64,000 nucleotides of DNA from Nitrosopumilus sp. (GTDB lineage Archaea > Thermoproteota > Nitrososphaeria > Nitrososphaerales > Nitrosopumilaceae), in assembly GCA_965218785.1 (NCBI GenBank), contig OZ244650.1:1728001-1792000 (forward strand). Reading direction: 5' to 3'. Position numbers and translations under genes: made by a program. Shown here in pieces: positions 16,733 through 25,015 of this stretch (within the stretch, counting starts at the first letter, position 1; each line of letters opens with the position of its first letter). Below the pieces are notes generated by a model, which was not told the DNA's origin, made no database searches, and saw nothing but the letters and a program-made list of their open reading frames with translations.

Positions 16733-16959
16733 GTAAAAAGATGTGACGTAAATTAAGTCAGTATCTTGAATCATTCTGAAATAATGGACATGGAAGAAAC
16801 ACATAAAAAAATTACAACAGAAAACAAATTCGTCATTTATGAATGGTGTTAAAGTGATGAGCCGGGACTCGGCGGCTTGGATGGCTGGGATCGGGTCAGA
16901 ATACCTGCAAACACGGGAATAAGAAATAATACGGCAGAGATGATGACTAGTTAAGTCCA

Positions 16960-17166
16960 TCATGAAATATCTTTGTTTGAATCAAGAATTATTTTTCGGA
17001 CTTTGTTTTGATGGGCTAGTAGGTCTTCCCTGAATTTATTCAATTCGCTGCCCATCTCATCAAATTTTTTTAAGAAATTTTTATAGTCATTGTAAGACAG
17101 TGTAACCTGTATTGATTTGTTTTCAAGGTTCTCTGTATCGTGAACTGAAAAGGTTTGATTATTCAT
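16960..17166 (-). CDS. Small hypothetical protein (coiled-coil)
   Basis: 68-aa ATG ORF divergent from the 17217 gene, with plausible composition. Confidence 0.6.
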   Translation of the reverse strand: MNNQTFSVHDTENLENKSIQVTLSYNDYKNFLKKFDEMGSELNKFREDLLAHQNKVRKIILDSNKDIS

Positions 17167-17216
17167 AAAGATACTACGAAGGAATTGTATTTCTACTAGT
17201 ATGGTGTATAGTTAGT

Positions 17217-18605
17217 GTGGAGTATAAACGGGTGGCAAAGCAAAAGGATATTTGTAATTTCCTCAAAGACCGAGGTTCCAGCAAACGAGTGGATATTATG
17301 AGATACATGACAGAGGACATTAAAGAATCCAAGATCAGTTCGGTATCTGAAACAACTGCAAATAACTGGATTAATATCATGAAAAAAGCCGGGGAAATAA
17401 AACACAGGGGGGATAAATACTACATTCCAAAACCAAAAAATACAAAATCCAAGAGTCAAAATATCTTAAAATCACAAAAATATGATCAACTAGAAAAAAC
17501 ACAAGAAAAAATCCCGGTTGTTGCTGATTTTACCACAACAACAAAAGAACATGCTGTTCTCGCAGAATCACTACAAGATACCTTCTTTTTACTAGACGCT
17601 GCCATGTACCTGCTTGATAGCATACAGATGGATGACATTCGCGCAAGAGAGATAAAAGATAAGTCAAGATATCATTGCAGGATATTCAAGGCTTCAATTG
17701 AGAAAATCATAAATGAGAGATTTGTGCATCTGCTAGAGCCATGCCAGAACAAATACCGAGAATCAATAGAAACAGCATGGAACCAATATTCGGAAAAACA
17801 GGTACATCCTGCAAGAATGGTATTTTCCAAAATTAGCGACTTTAGACACGCATTTTCTGACGTTATCTTGCAGATGCGCCAGTGTTGCGAGAATAACTGT
17901 AAAAGATTTGCACGATATGAGACTGATTACAAAGACGCGGTTTACACGTCATGTAAACTGATATCAACATCACTAAATGAAATATGTAGAAACGACTATG
18001 ATCTGGTTGTTGATTCTTATGAATATGACGACAGGTTGGGATTTTTTACAATCAACATATCCGAACTTGAAATGTTGTCATCTTATGCCATTACACAGGT
18101 TTACTGTAATGGAAAATACTGCACCTTTGTGATTAATGATGGGAATAACACAATCACGCCATCAGACTCTGATTATGCAATTTCGTTTTATCCTGATAGT
18201 GAGACAGGTGATTCCTCAAAGAATACCGTTAGCATAATGCTTGGATGCATAGAGTTTTCATTCATCATTAATGGAAAGCATGGCATTTCCATATTCCAGG
18301 ATCACATAAAACAAGATATCGTACAGTTGGATTCAGTTTATCCGCAATCCAAATCAGACACCATGATGCTGACCCCCGGGAGGGAGGGAGGGGAGATACA
18401 AGACAGGATAGAATCACTTTATGGGAAAAAATTTGTCTGTTCATATTGCGGCAAGGAGCATCCATGTAAACTATGGATGGGGCACCCCCACGAAAATGGG
18501 ACATCAGACAAGGACGATAAAAAATACTGGATGATGATAAAATGTCAGAATAGCGGCAACTACGTTTCATTACAGCAGATTCTCAATGGAATTATTAAGG
18601 AATAA
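17217..18605 (+). CDS. Hypothetical protein with N-terminal winged HTH and C-terminal Cys/His (Zn-finger-like) domain
   Basis: ICNFLKDRGSSKRVDIM...SETTANNWINIMKKAGEIKHRGDKYYI fits a wHTH pattern; CSYCGKEHPC...C near the C-terminus. Confidence 0.8.
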   Translation: MEYKRVAKQKDICNFLKDRGSSKRVDIMRYMTEDIKESKISSVSETTANNWINIMKKAGEIKHRGDKYYIPKPKNTKSKSQNILKSQKYDQLEKTQEKIPVVADFTTTTKEHAVLAESLQDTFFLLDAAMYLLDSIQMDDIRAREIKDKSRYHCRIFKASIEKIINERFVHLLEPCQNKYRESIETAWNQYSEKQVHPARMVFSKISDFRHAFSDVILQMRQCCENNCKRFARYETDYKDAVYTSCKLISTSLNEICRNDYDLVVDSYEYDDRLGFFTINISELEMLSSYAITQVYCNGKYCTFVINDGNNTITPSDSDYAISFYPDSETGDSSKNTVSIMLGCIEFSFIINGKHGISIFQDHIKQDIVQLDSVYPQSKSDTMMLTPGREGGEIQDRIESLYGKKFVCSYCGKEHPCKLWMGHPHENGTSDKDDKKYWMMIKCQNSGNYVSLQQILNGIIKE

Positions 18606-18612
18606 TCCAATG

Positions 18613-19776
18613 TCAGGTAGGTCCGGTCTTTGTGACAAAAACCCTGTCAACTACATCTCTTAGTGAATCATACTTGTCATCTATCCTGTCTAGTCTGTTT
18701 TGCAGTGATTGATTCTCACGCTCAAGTTCTCCCATTTTTTTATCACTGACTGTAATCTGCTGCTTCAATTTTCCTCTCAACTCATATGATTCAGATATGA
18801 CAAGATGTGGTACTGCCTTGCAATACTGCTCAATCAAATAATCCTCAGATGGCTTGTAATAGTTTTCGGCGTGACCCATGATCTTTTCAACATCAAGTGT
18901 CTTCATTGCACGTTCTGCATTTGTCTTGAAATATTTGCGAAATCCATGAATCTGCTTAAAGTCATATCTTTTCTTTACGTCTTCTCGCATGTTGATCTTT
19001 TTAAGAAATCTTCCCATCATGTTGGCAATGGTTTTTGATGTTACCGGTTTGGCAATCCTTGGATCTTTTGGCCTGCTTTTGCGGTATGTGTTATTGTCCC
19101 ACGCATCACGAATTAACGGTGAACTTGCAGTAATGTCCTCACCCGCTGCTTTTCTTGCATTGATGTATTGCTGTATTACGCCATGACATTCGGATGTTAC
19201 AAATGTTGTATACTGCTCGTTGTCCCCCCGGTATACTAGAATCTTGGCACCGATCAGATTATCCGGATCTTGTATTGGTGTGATATCGCCGTATGTCATA
19301 CCCTCAAATGCGCCAACACGGATGCCGGATGTTGCACAAATCAGTATGACGCACCTGGTTCTAAGATCAGCCGAATCTATCATGAATCGTATCTCGTCTA
19401 TTGATGGCGCCCTGTCATTTCCTGTCTTTTTTGCATGCGGTATCATCTTGGATATCTTTAGCCAGTTTATGCCTGATTCAACGTCATTCATCTCAAAAAA
19501 GTGTCGTAGCGCGCCCTTTGAAAGCTGCAAAGTGGAGCCACTGACCTCGTTTTTTCTGTCTTCTATGTAATCAATTATGATGTTTTGTGTTTTACGTGGA
19601 GATCTCTTTGACATTAGTAATAGCTTGTCAGGCATCATATCACAGTAATTCAAAAAATATGACAGTTTTTTAGAATAAGTCTGCTTTGTTGATTCTGTGT
19701 GAAATCCCTTTAGAAAATTTTGTATGGATCTGCAATCAAACAATTCATTTGGAATTTCTATTTTGGATTTTTTCAT
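18613..19776 (-). CDS. Tyrosine recombinase/integrase
   Basis: Catalytic motifs SGIRVG (R), K, HGFRK (HxxR) and MGH..NYY; abuts the 3' end of tRNA-Leu. Confidence 0.95.
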   Translation of the reverse strand: MKKSKIEIPNELFDCRSIQNFLKGFHTESTKQTYSKKLSYFLNYCDMMPDKLLLMSKRSPRKTQNIIIDYIEDRKNEVSGSTLQLSKGALRHFFEMNDVESGINWLKISKMIPHAKKTGNDRAPSIDEIRFMIDSADLRTRCVILICATSGIRVGAFEGMTYGDITPIQDPDNLIGAKILVYRGDNEQYTTFVTSECHGVIQQYINARKAAGEDITASSPLIRDAWDNNTYRKSRPKDPRIAKPVTSKTIANMMGRFLKKINMREDVKKRYDFKQIHGFRKYFKTNAERAMKTLDVEKIMGHAENYYKPSEDYLIEQYCKAVPHLVISESYELRGKLKQQITVSDKKMGELERENQSLQNRLDRIDDKYDSLRDVVDRVFVTKTGPT

Positions 19777-19834
19777 TTTTCTCTATATTTTAGTAGAATA
19801 TGGGAAATAATAAGTATTTCCACACGGATTGTAG

Positions 19835-19919
19835 TGCGGGAGATGGGATTCGAACCCACGAACTCCTAAGAGATAGGGTCCTAAGCCCTACGCCTTTGAC
19901 CAGGCTGGGCGACTCCCGC
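19835..19919 (-). tRNA. tRNA-Leu(UAG)
   Basis: GCGGGAG acceptor stem, anticodon loop CTTAGGA, long variable arm, GTTCGAATCC T-loop. Confidence 0.97.
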
Positions 19920-19966
19920 AACGAATCTCCCATTAAACACAAATTTATCTATTATTACACAATATT

Positions 19967-21316
19967 ATGGGAAAATTTTTTGGAACAAATGGAATTCGCG
20001 GAGTATTCTCTGAAGACTTTACATTGGAATTTGTCCATGATATGACTTTGGCAATTGGAACTTATTTTAGAAAAGGACCAATACTGATTGGTTTTGATGG
20101 AAGGGAATCTAGTCCCGTAGTTTGTAAAATTCTAAGTTCCACCCTTAATTCAATTGGAATTGATTGTAACATTGCAGGAATTGTTCCAACACCATGTCTT
20201 GAATTTGCAGTAAAGACCCTGGGATATTCCGGCGGAATAATGATCACCGCATCCCATAATCCCCCACAATATAATGGAATCAAACCTGCTGCAAAAGACG
20301 GGGTAGAGATTTCACGTGAAGATGAATTAGTAGTTGAGGATATTTACCTGCAAAAAAATTGGATTAAAGATACCGAAAATTGGGGAGTGACAGGCAAGGA
20401 AGAAAGAGCGATTGAGACGTATCTGCAGGGAATTATATCTCAGATTGATTCTGTATTAATAAAATCAAAACATTTCAAAGTTGTTTTGGATTTGGGCAAT
20501 GGTGCACAGGCAGTTTCTGCTCCTGATTTTTGTAAAATGTTACATTGTGAAACATTTCTTGTAAATCAAAACATTGACGGTAACTTTCCGGGACGCGGAT
20601 CAGAACCGACACCACATAACCTTTCAGAACTTTCAAAAATCGTAGTAGAAAACAATGCAGATGTGGGAATTGCATTTGATGGTGATGGAGATCGAAGTAT
20701 TTTTTGTGATGATAAAGGAAATATATTAACCGGGGACAAGTCTGCGCTGGTTCTTACCAGGCACATACTAAGAAAAAATCCGGATTCTTTGATTGTAACT
20801 TGTTTGAATTCTGGCTCTGACATCGAAGTATTGGCTGATGAATTTAATTCAAAAGTAATTCGTACCAAAGTAGGTAGTGTCGAGGTATCAAGAAGAATGG
20901 TTCCAATTAACGCGTTAATTGGGTTTGAGGAAAACGGCGGATTCATGTATGGAAAACATAACCAGGTCAGAGACGGTTGTATGACATTGGCACTAATGCT
21001 TGATTTACTGGCAATTTCTGGAAAGCCATTATCTGATGAAATTGCCAGTTTGCCCACATCCTTTACTACAAAAGACAAAGTTTCATGCCCTCCAGACAAT
21101 GCTTCAAAACTGATTTCCTCATTAAAAGAGGAATTTCCGGATTCAGATACAACTGATGGCATCAAAATTACGATTAATCCTAAAAACTGGGTTATGATCC
21201 GGCCAAGTGGAACAGAATCAATCATTAGAGTATATGCCGAAGCTGAAAGTCAGGAGAAATTAGACGGTTTAATGTCCAAATATCTCAAGAAAGTAAAGCA
21301 GATCATTTCCAGATAA
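19967..21316 (+). CDS. glmM: Phosphoglucosamine mutase / phosphohexomutase
   Basis: FGTNGIRG, TASHNP, DGDGDR and RPSGTE motifs. Confidence 0.9.
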   Translation: MGKFFGTNGIRGVFSEDFTLEFVHDMTLAIGTYFRKGPILIGFDGRESSPVVCKILSSTLNSIGIDCNIAGIVPTPCLEFAVKTLGYSGGIMITASHNPPQYNGIKPAAKDGVEISREDELVVEDIYLQKNWIKDTENWGVTGKEERAIETYLQGIISQIDSVLIKSKHFKVVLDLGNGAQAVSAPDFCKMLHCETFLVNQNIDGNFPGRGSEPTPHNLSELSKIVVENNADVGIAFDGDGDRSIFCDDKGNILTGDKSALVLTRHILRKNPDSLIVTCLNSGSDIEVLADEFNSKVIRTKVGSVEVSRRMVPINALIGFEENGGFMYGKHNQVRDGCMTLALMLDLLAISGKPLSDEIASLPTSFTTKDKVSCPPDNASKLISSLKEEFPDSDTTDGIKITINPKNWVMIRPSGTESIIRVYAEAESQEKLDGLMSKYLKKVKQIISR

Positions 21317-21378
21317 CACTTTTAAAACCAAACGAAAGGATGTATGGAATGGAGAATGAACCCCTAGGGTGACGAAGT

Positions 21379-21765
21379 ATGGGAAAAGCATATTATGTTA
21401 AATTTGAGACACCGGCAGATCTTGTAAATCCGATCCTAGAAGCCGTGAGAGTGGCATCTAGCAGCGGCAAAGTCAAAAAAGGAACCAACGAGGCAACCAA
21501 GGCAATCGAACGTGGCACCAGTAAACTAATAGTTATCGCCGAAGATGTTGAACCACCGGAGGTTGTAGCCCATCTTCCAATTCTGTGTGAAGAGCAGGGT
21601 GCAGCATTTGCATTTGTTCCAAGTAAACAGGAATTGGGCAAATCATTAGGTATTGACATTACTTCTGCCGCTGCAGCGATTTTGGATGCTGGTGATGCAC
21701 AACACATAGTAGACCAAGTTGTATCATCAATTGCTAAAATTAAAGGCGGTAAGACTGAAGAATGA
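21379..21765 (+). CDS. rpl7ae: 50S ribosomal protein L7Ae
   Basis: [23 protein letters not shown]. Confidence 0.97.
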   Translation: MGKAYYVKFETPADLVNPILEAVRVASSSGKVKKGTNEATKAIERGTSKLIVIAEDVEPPEVVAHLPILCEEQGAAFAFVPSKQELGKSLGIDITSAAAAILDAGDAQHIVDQVVSSIAKIKGGKTEE

Positions 21766-21974
21766 GCGCTACATCTGACGAAGTAATTCAGTCTGAAATT
21801 ATTCAGATTGTTGGACGAACAGGTATTGCCGGTGAAGTGATTCAAGTTAGAGTCAAAGTTCTCACTGGAAAAGACAAGGGAAGAATTCTTACAAGAAATG
21901 TAAAGGGTTCCATCAGAGAAGGAGAAATTCTAATGCTAAGAGAAACAGAAAGAGAAGCAAAGAAGATTAAATAG
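21762..21974 (+). CDS. rps28e: 30S ribosomal protein S28e
   Basis: [29 protein letters not shown]. Confidence 0.97.
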   Translation: MSATSDEVIQSEIIQIVGRTGIAGEVIQVRVKVLTGKDKGRILTRNVKGSIREGEILMLRETEREAKKIK

Positions 21975-21984
21975 ATGATTAGAT

Positions 21985-22185
21985 ATGAGCCTTTTAGTTA
22001 AACCATGTAATTTTTGTGACAGACCGGTTGCCAAAGGTTCTGGTACAATGCTTGCAAAAAATGATGGGACTGTTTTATGGTTTTGTTCTGCAAAATGTAA
22101 AAAAAATGCGCTGAAATTAAAACGTGATCCAAGAAAGCTAAAGTGGACCAACAAACACGTCAAAGGCGGAATTAGAAAGAAGTAG
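21985..22185 (+). CDS. rpl24e: 50S ribosomal protein L24e
   Basis: CNFC..G.G...DG...FCSAKC...PRKLKWT. Confidence 0.96.
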   Translation: MSLLVKPCNFCDRPVAKGSGTMLAKNDGTVLWFCSAKCKKNALKLKRDPRKLKWTNKHVKGGIRKK

Positions 22186-22187
22186 AA

Positions 22188-22589
22188 TTGACTGAAAATA
22201 CCCTGTTCATTGTAAAGCCAGATGCCGTAGCTAGAAATCTAGTCGGTCAAGTTATCTCAAGATTTGAAATGAAAGGATTTAAAATTTTAAAACTCAAAAT
22301 GTTTACATTTACTCAAGAGCAGGCAGAAAAGTTCTATGATGTTCACAAAGACAAACCATTCTTTGGTGAATTGACATCATTTATCACATCCGGACCCGTG
22401 GTTGCAGCAATCATTGAAGGAAACAATGCAGTTGCTACTACTAGAATCATGGTTGGTGCAACAAAGTCATTTGAAGCAGAGCCCGGTTCTATTAGAGGGG
22501 ACTTTGGATTGGGATTTAGTGAAAACATTATTCATGCATCAGATTCGCAAGAAAGTTTTGATCACGAATCGAGGGTGGCATTTGAGTGA
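22188..22589 (+). CDS. ndk: Nucleoside diphosphate kinase
   Basis: IVKPDAV, PGSIRGDF and NIIHASDS. Confidence 0.97.
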   Translation: MTENTLFIVKPDAVARNLVGQVISRFEMKGFKILKLKMFTFTQEQAEKFYDVHKDKPFFGELTSFITSGPVVAAIIEGNNAVATTRIMVGATKSFEAEPGSIRGDFGLGFSENIIHASDSQESFDHESRVAFE

Positions 22590-22595
22590 TCTGAT

Positions 22596-24377
22596 TTGCA
22601 AATTCGTCAGCCCATAGTGGTAGTTCTTGGTCACGTAGACTCTGGTAAAACTTCGCTTTTAGATAGGATTCGCGGAACAGGGGTTCAGGGAAGGGAAGCT
22701 GGTGGGATTACCCAGCATATTGGAGCAAGCTTTCTTCCAACTGAAACAATCAAAGAGACCTGTGGTATGTTATACAAAAAGCTTGAAGAATCAGAAAACA
22801 AGGTTCCAGGGATTCTAGTCATTGACACTCCCGGACACGAAGTTTTTACAAATCTTCGTTCTAGGGGCGGTTCTGCAGCTGATATCGCAATTCTAGTAGT
22901 GGATGTCAATCGGGGATTTCAACCGCAAACAAATGAAAGCCTGAAGATTTTACAAAACAGAAAGGTTCCATTTGTTGTCGCACTAAACAAATGTGATCAA
23001 ATCTCCGGGTGGAGAAAGTCTGAATCACGATTTATCTCCAAGGCAATTAAAGAGCAAGATGCGTCAATTCAGGCCGATCTTGATCAAAAGATCTATGACG
23101 TTGTAGGAACACTTTCTATTTTGGGATATCAATCAGAGGCGTTTTACCGTGTTAAGGACTTTAAATCCGAGATTGCCATAGTTCCGATTTCAGCACGTTC
23201 CGGAGTTGGAATTCCAGAATTGCTAAGTGTGTTAGTGGGGTTGACACAGCAGTATCTTCAGAAAAGGCTCGATCAGAAGGAAAAGGAGCCACGTGGCATT
23301 GTTTTAGAAGTAAAAGAAGAGGTTGGACTCGGACATACAGCAAATATCATCCTCATTGATGGAACGATCAGAAAAGAAGACAGTATTGTTGTTGCAAAAC
23401 GGGATGCTGTTATATCTACAAAACCAAAGGCGCTGCTTTTACCAAAACCGCTAGATGAGATGAGAGATCCTAGAGATAAATTCAAGCAGATTACACAGGT
23501 GGATGCTGCTGCCGGACTGAAAATTGCATCACCTGAACTTGATGGGGTGCTCCCTGGAAGCACTCTTTATGTTGCGTCAAACAAGGAAGAGATTGAAAAA
23601 TTCACCAAACTCATAGAATCTGAAATGGAATCGGTGTTTATTGACACTGAAACTAGTGGTATTATCGTCAAATGTGACACCATAGGCTCGCTTGAGGCCA
23701 TAATTGAGATGCTCAAACGTTCACATGTTCCTGTTGCAAAAGCCGACATTGGTTCTGTAACTCGGCGTGATGTGATAGAGGCAAAGGCAATCAAGGAAAA
23801 AGACAGACATCTTGGAGTTGTTTTGGCATTTAATGTCAAGGTTTTACCTGATGCAAAAACCGAATCAGAGGACAGTCATATCAAAGTGTTTGAGGATAAA
23901 ATAATCTATAGTTTGATTGATAACTATAATGCATGGGTTGAAGAAGACTCTGCAAACGAGGAGGATGCGATATTTTCAGAACTGACTCCGATTTCAAAAT
24001 TTACTTTCCTTAAGGGAATGGTTTTTAGAAATAATGATCCCGCAGTGTTTGGAATTCACGTAGATGTGGGGACCTTGAAACAAAAAATCCCATTTATGAA
24101 CAAGACGGGACGAAAGGTTGGAAATATTCATCAGCTTCAGATGGATAAAAAGACTGTAAGTGAAGCCAAGACAGGGGACGAGGTTGCTTGTTCTGTTAGA
24201 GATGTTACAATCGGCAGACAAATCTTTGAGGAAGACACATACTATGCATTTCCACCATCACATGAAGCAAAACAATTGTTAAACAGATTCATGCATAAAC
24301 TAAACGAGGAAGAAAGAAATATTCTAAATGAGATAGTTGAAATTCAACGAAAAAAAGAGCCTGCCTACGCCTACTAG
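22596..24377 (+). CDS. infB: Translation initiation factor IF-2 (aIF5B)
   Basis: GHVDSGKT, AGGITQHIGA, DTPGHE and NKCD. Confidence 0.97.
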   Translation: MQIRQPIVVVLGHVDSGKTSLLDRIRGTGVQGREAGGITQHIGASFLPTETIKETCGMLYKKLEESENKVPGILVIDTPGHEVFTNLRSRGGSAADIAILVVDVNRGFQPQTNESLKILQNRKVPFVVALNKCDQISGWRKSESRFISKAIKEQDASIQADLDQKIYDVVGTLSILGYQSEAFYRVKDFKSEIAIVPISARSGVGIPELLSVLVGLTQQYLQKRLDQKEKEPRGIVLEVKEEVGLGHTANIILIDGTIRKEDSIVVAKRDAVISTKPKALLLPKPLDEMRDPRDKFKQITQVDAAAGLKIASPELDGVLPGSTLYVASNKEEIEKFTKLIESEMESVFIDTETSGIIVKCDTIGSLEAIIEMLKRSHVPVAKADIGSVTRRDVIEAKAIKEKDRHLGVVLAFNVKVLPDAKTESEDSHIKVFEDKIIYSLIDNYNAWVEEDSANEEDAIFSELTPISKFTFLKGMVFRNNDPAVFGIHVDVGTLKQKIPFMNKTGRKVGNIHQLQMDKKTVSEAKTGDEVACSVRDVTIGRQIFEEDTYYAFPPSHEAKQLLNRFMHKLNEEERNILNEIVEIQRKKEPAYAY

Positions 24378-24775
24378 TCTGAATATTTCTTACAAATCAT
24401 ATGAATTCCCGGTGCTCCGACTGCACCCATCATTTTATCTACGACCAGTCCTGCTTGGAACATGATGAATGTTGGAATTGACTGAACTGAAAATTTCATG
24501 GCAATGTTTTGATTATTATCAACATTTACTCTGGCAAATTTTATTTTTGGATATTTCTTTGCCAGACTCTCAAATACCGGATGCATAGTTTTGCACGGAC
24601 CGCACCACTCTGCCCAGAAATCGACTAATGTCGGGTTTTCAGCCGATATTATTTTGTCAAAATTTGCATCATCTAAATCTGTGATTCCAGGCTCAATCTG
24701 GGGCTGATTTTGTTGCCTGAGCATCTCCTCTAGTTTTCTTTGCTTGATTTTCTCAATTTCTGGGTCTTCAGACAA
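24374..24775 (-). CDS. trxA: Thioredoxin
   Basis: DFWAEWCGPC; probable TTG start at LSEDPEIEK. Confidence 0.95.
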   Translation of the reverse strand: MSEDPEIEKIKQRKLEEMLRQQNQPQIEPGITDLDDANFDKIISAENPTLVDFWAEWCGPCKTMHPVFESLAKKYPKIKFARVNVDNNQNIAMKFSVQSIPTFIMFQAGLVVDKMMGAVGAPGIHMICKKYSD

Positions 24776-24819
24776 TATGTTTGCACAGTACGTTCTACTA
24801 AAAAATCTATGTTGAAAAA

Positions 24820-24972
24820 TCAATCATCTTCTGTCTTGATTGGAATTGCCTCATATCTTCTTGATTTACACACGGGACACTGATCGATGTATTTTGTCAT
24901 GCTAACAGAAGTATATACAATGCCACATTCGCCACAAACTCTGAGATTCCTGCTTAGCTTTCCCACATTCAA
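24820..24972 (-). CDS. Small zinc-ribbon protein (not in the ORF track)
   Basis: 50 aa: ..RNLRVCGECG...CPVCKSRRYE..; two CxxC motifs. Confidence 0.65.
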   Translation of the reverse strand: MNVGKLSRNLRVCGECGIVYTSVSMTKYIDQCPVCKSRRYEAIPIKTEDD

Positions 24973-25015
24973 GGGTAAGAAAGCATTATGATTAAAACCT
25001 AACTTTTTATGAGAA

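Larger units (their letters stand above)
13150..19834. mobile_element. Integrated element at tRNA-Leu (minimum extent; may run beyond the left edge of the window)
   Basis: Integrase next to a tRNA 3' end, accessory genes and repeat arrays. No second att copy was found by eye. Confidence 0.65.

Noticed and set aside
13150-16740. CRISPR array
   Set aside because: The short repeats are head-to-tail with no unique spacers, the constant core is too long, the variable parts are uneven in length, and there are no cas genes in the window.
13150-16740. Pure assembly artefact
   Set aside because: The core copies differ with stem-preserving changes and each block is distinct, which collapsed or chimeric repeats would not readily produce. 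Long-read confirmation is still needed.
13630-16963. Many ORFs in the repeat array (WRLTS, SRQDV and AAHVL repeats, the 277-aa ORF, etc.)
   Set aside because: They are open in several frames on both strands simply because the repeats lack stop codons. Most repeat periods (20, 22, 28, 55) are not multiples of three, and the core is not kept in one frame.
19800-20045. 81-aa ORF
   Set aside because: It overlaps tRNA-Leu and glmM, so it is spurious.
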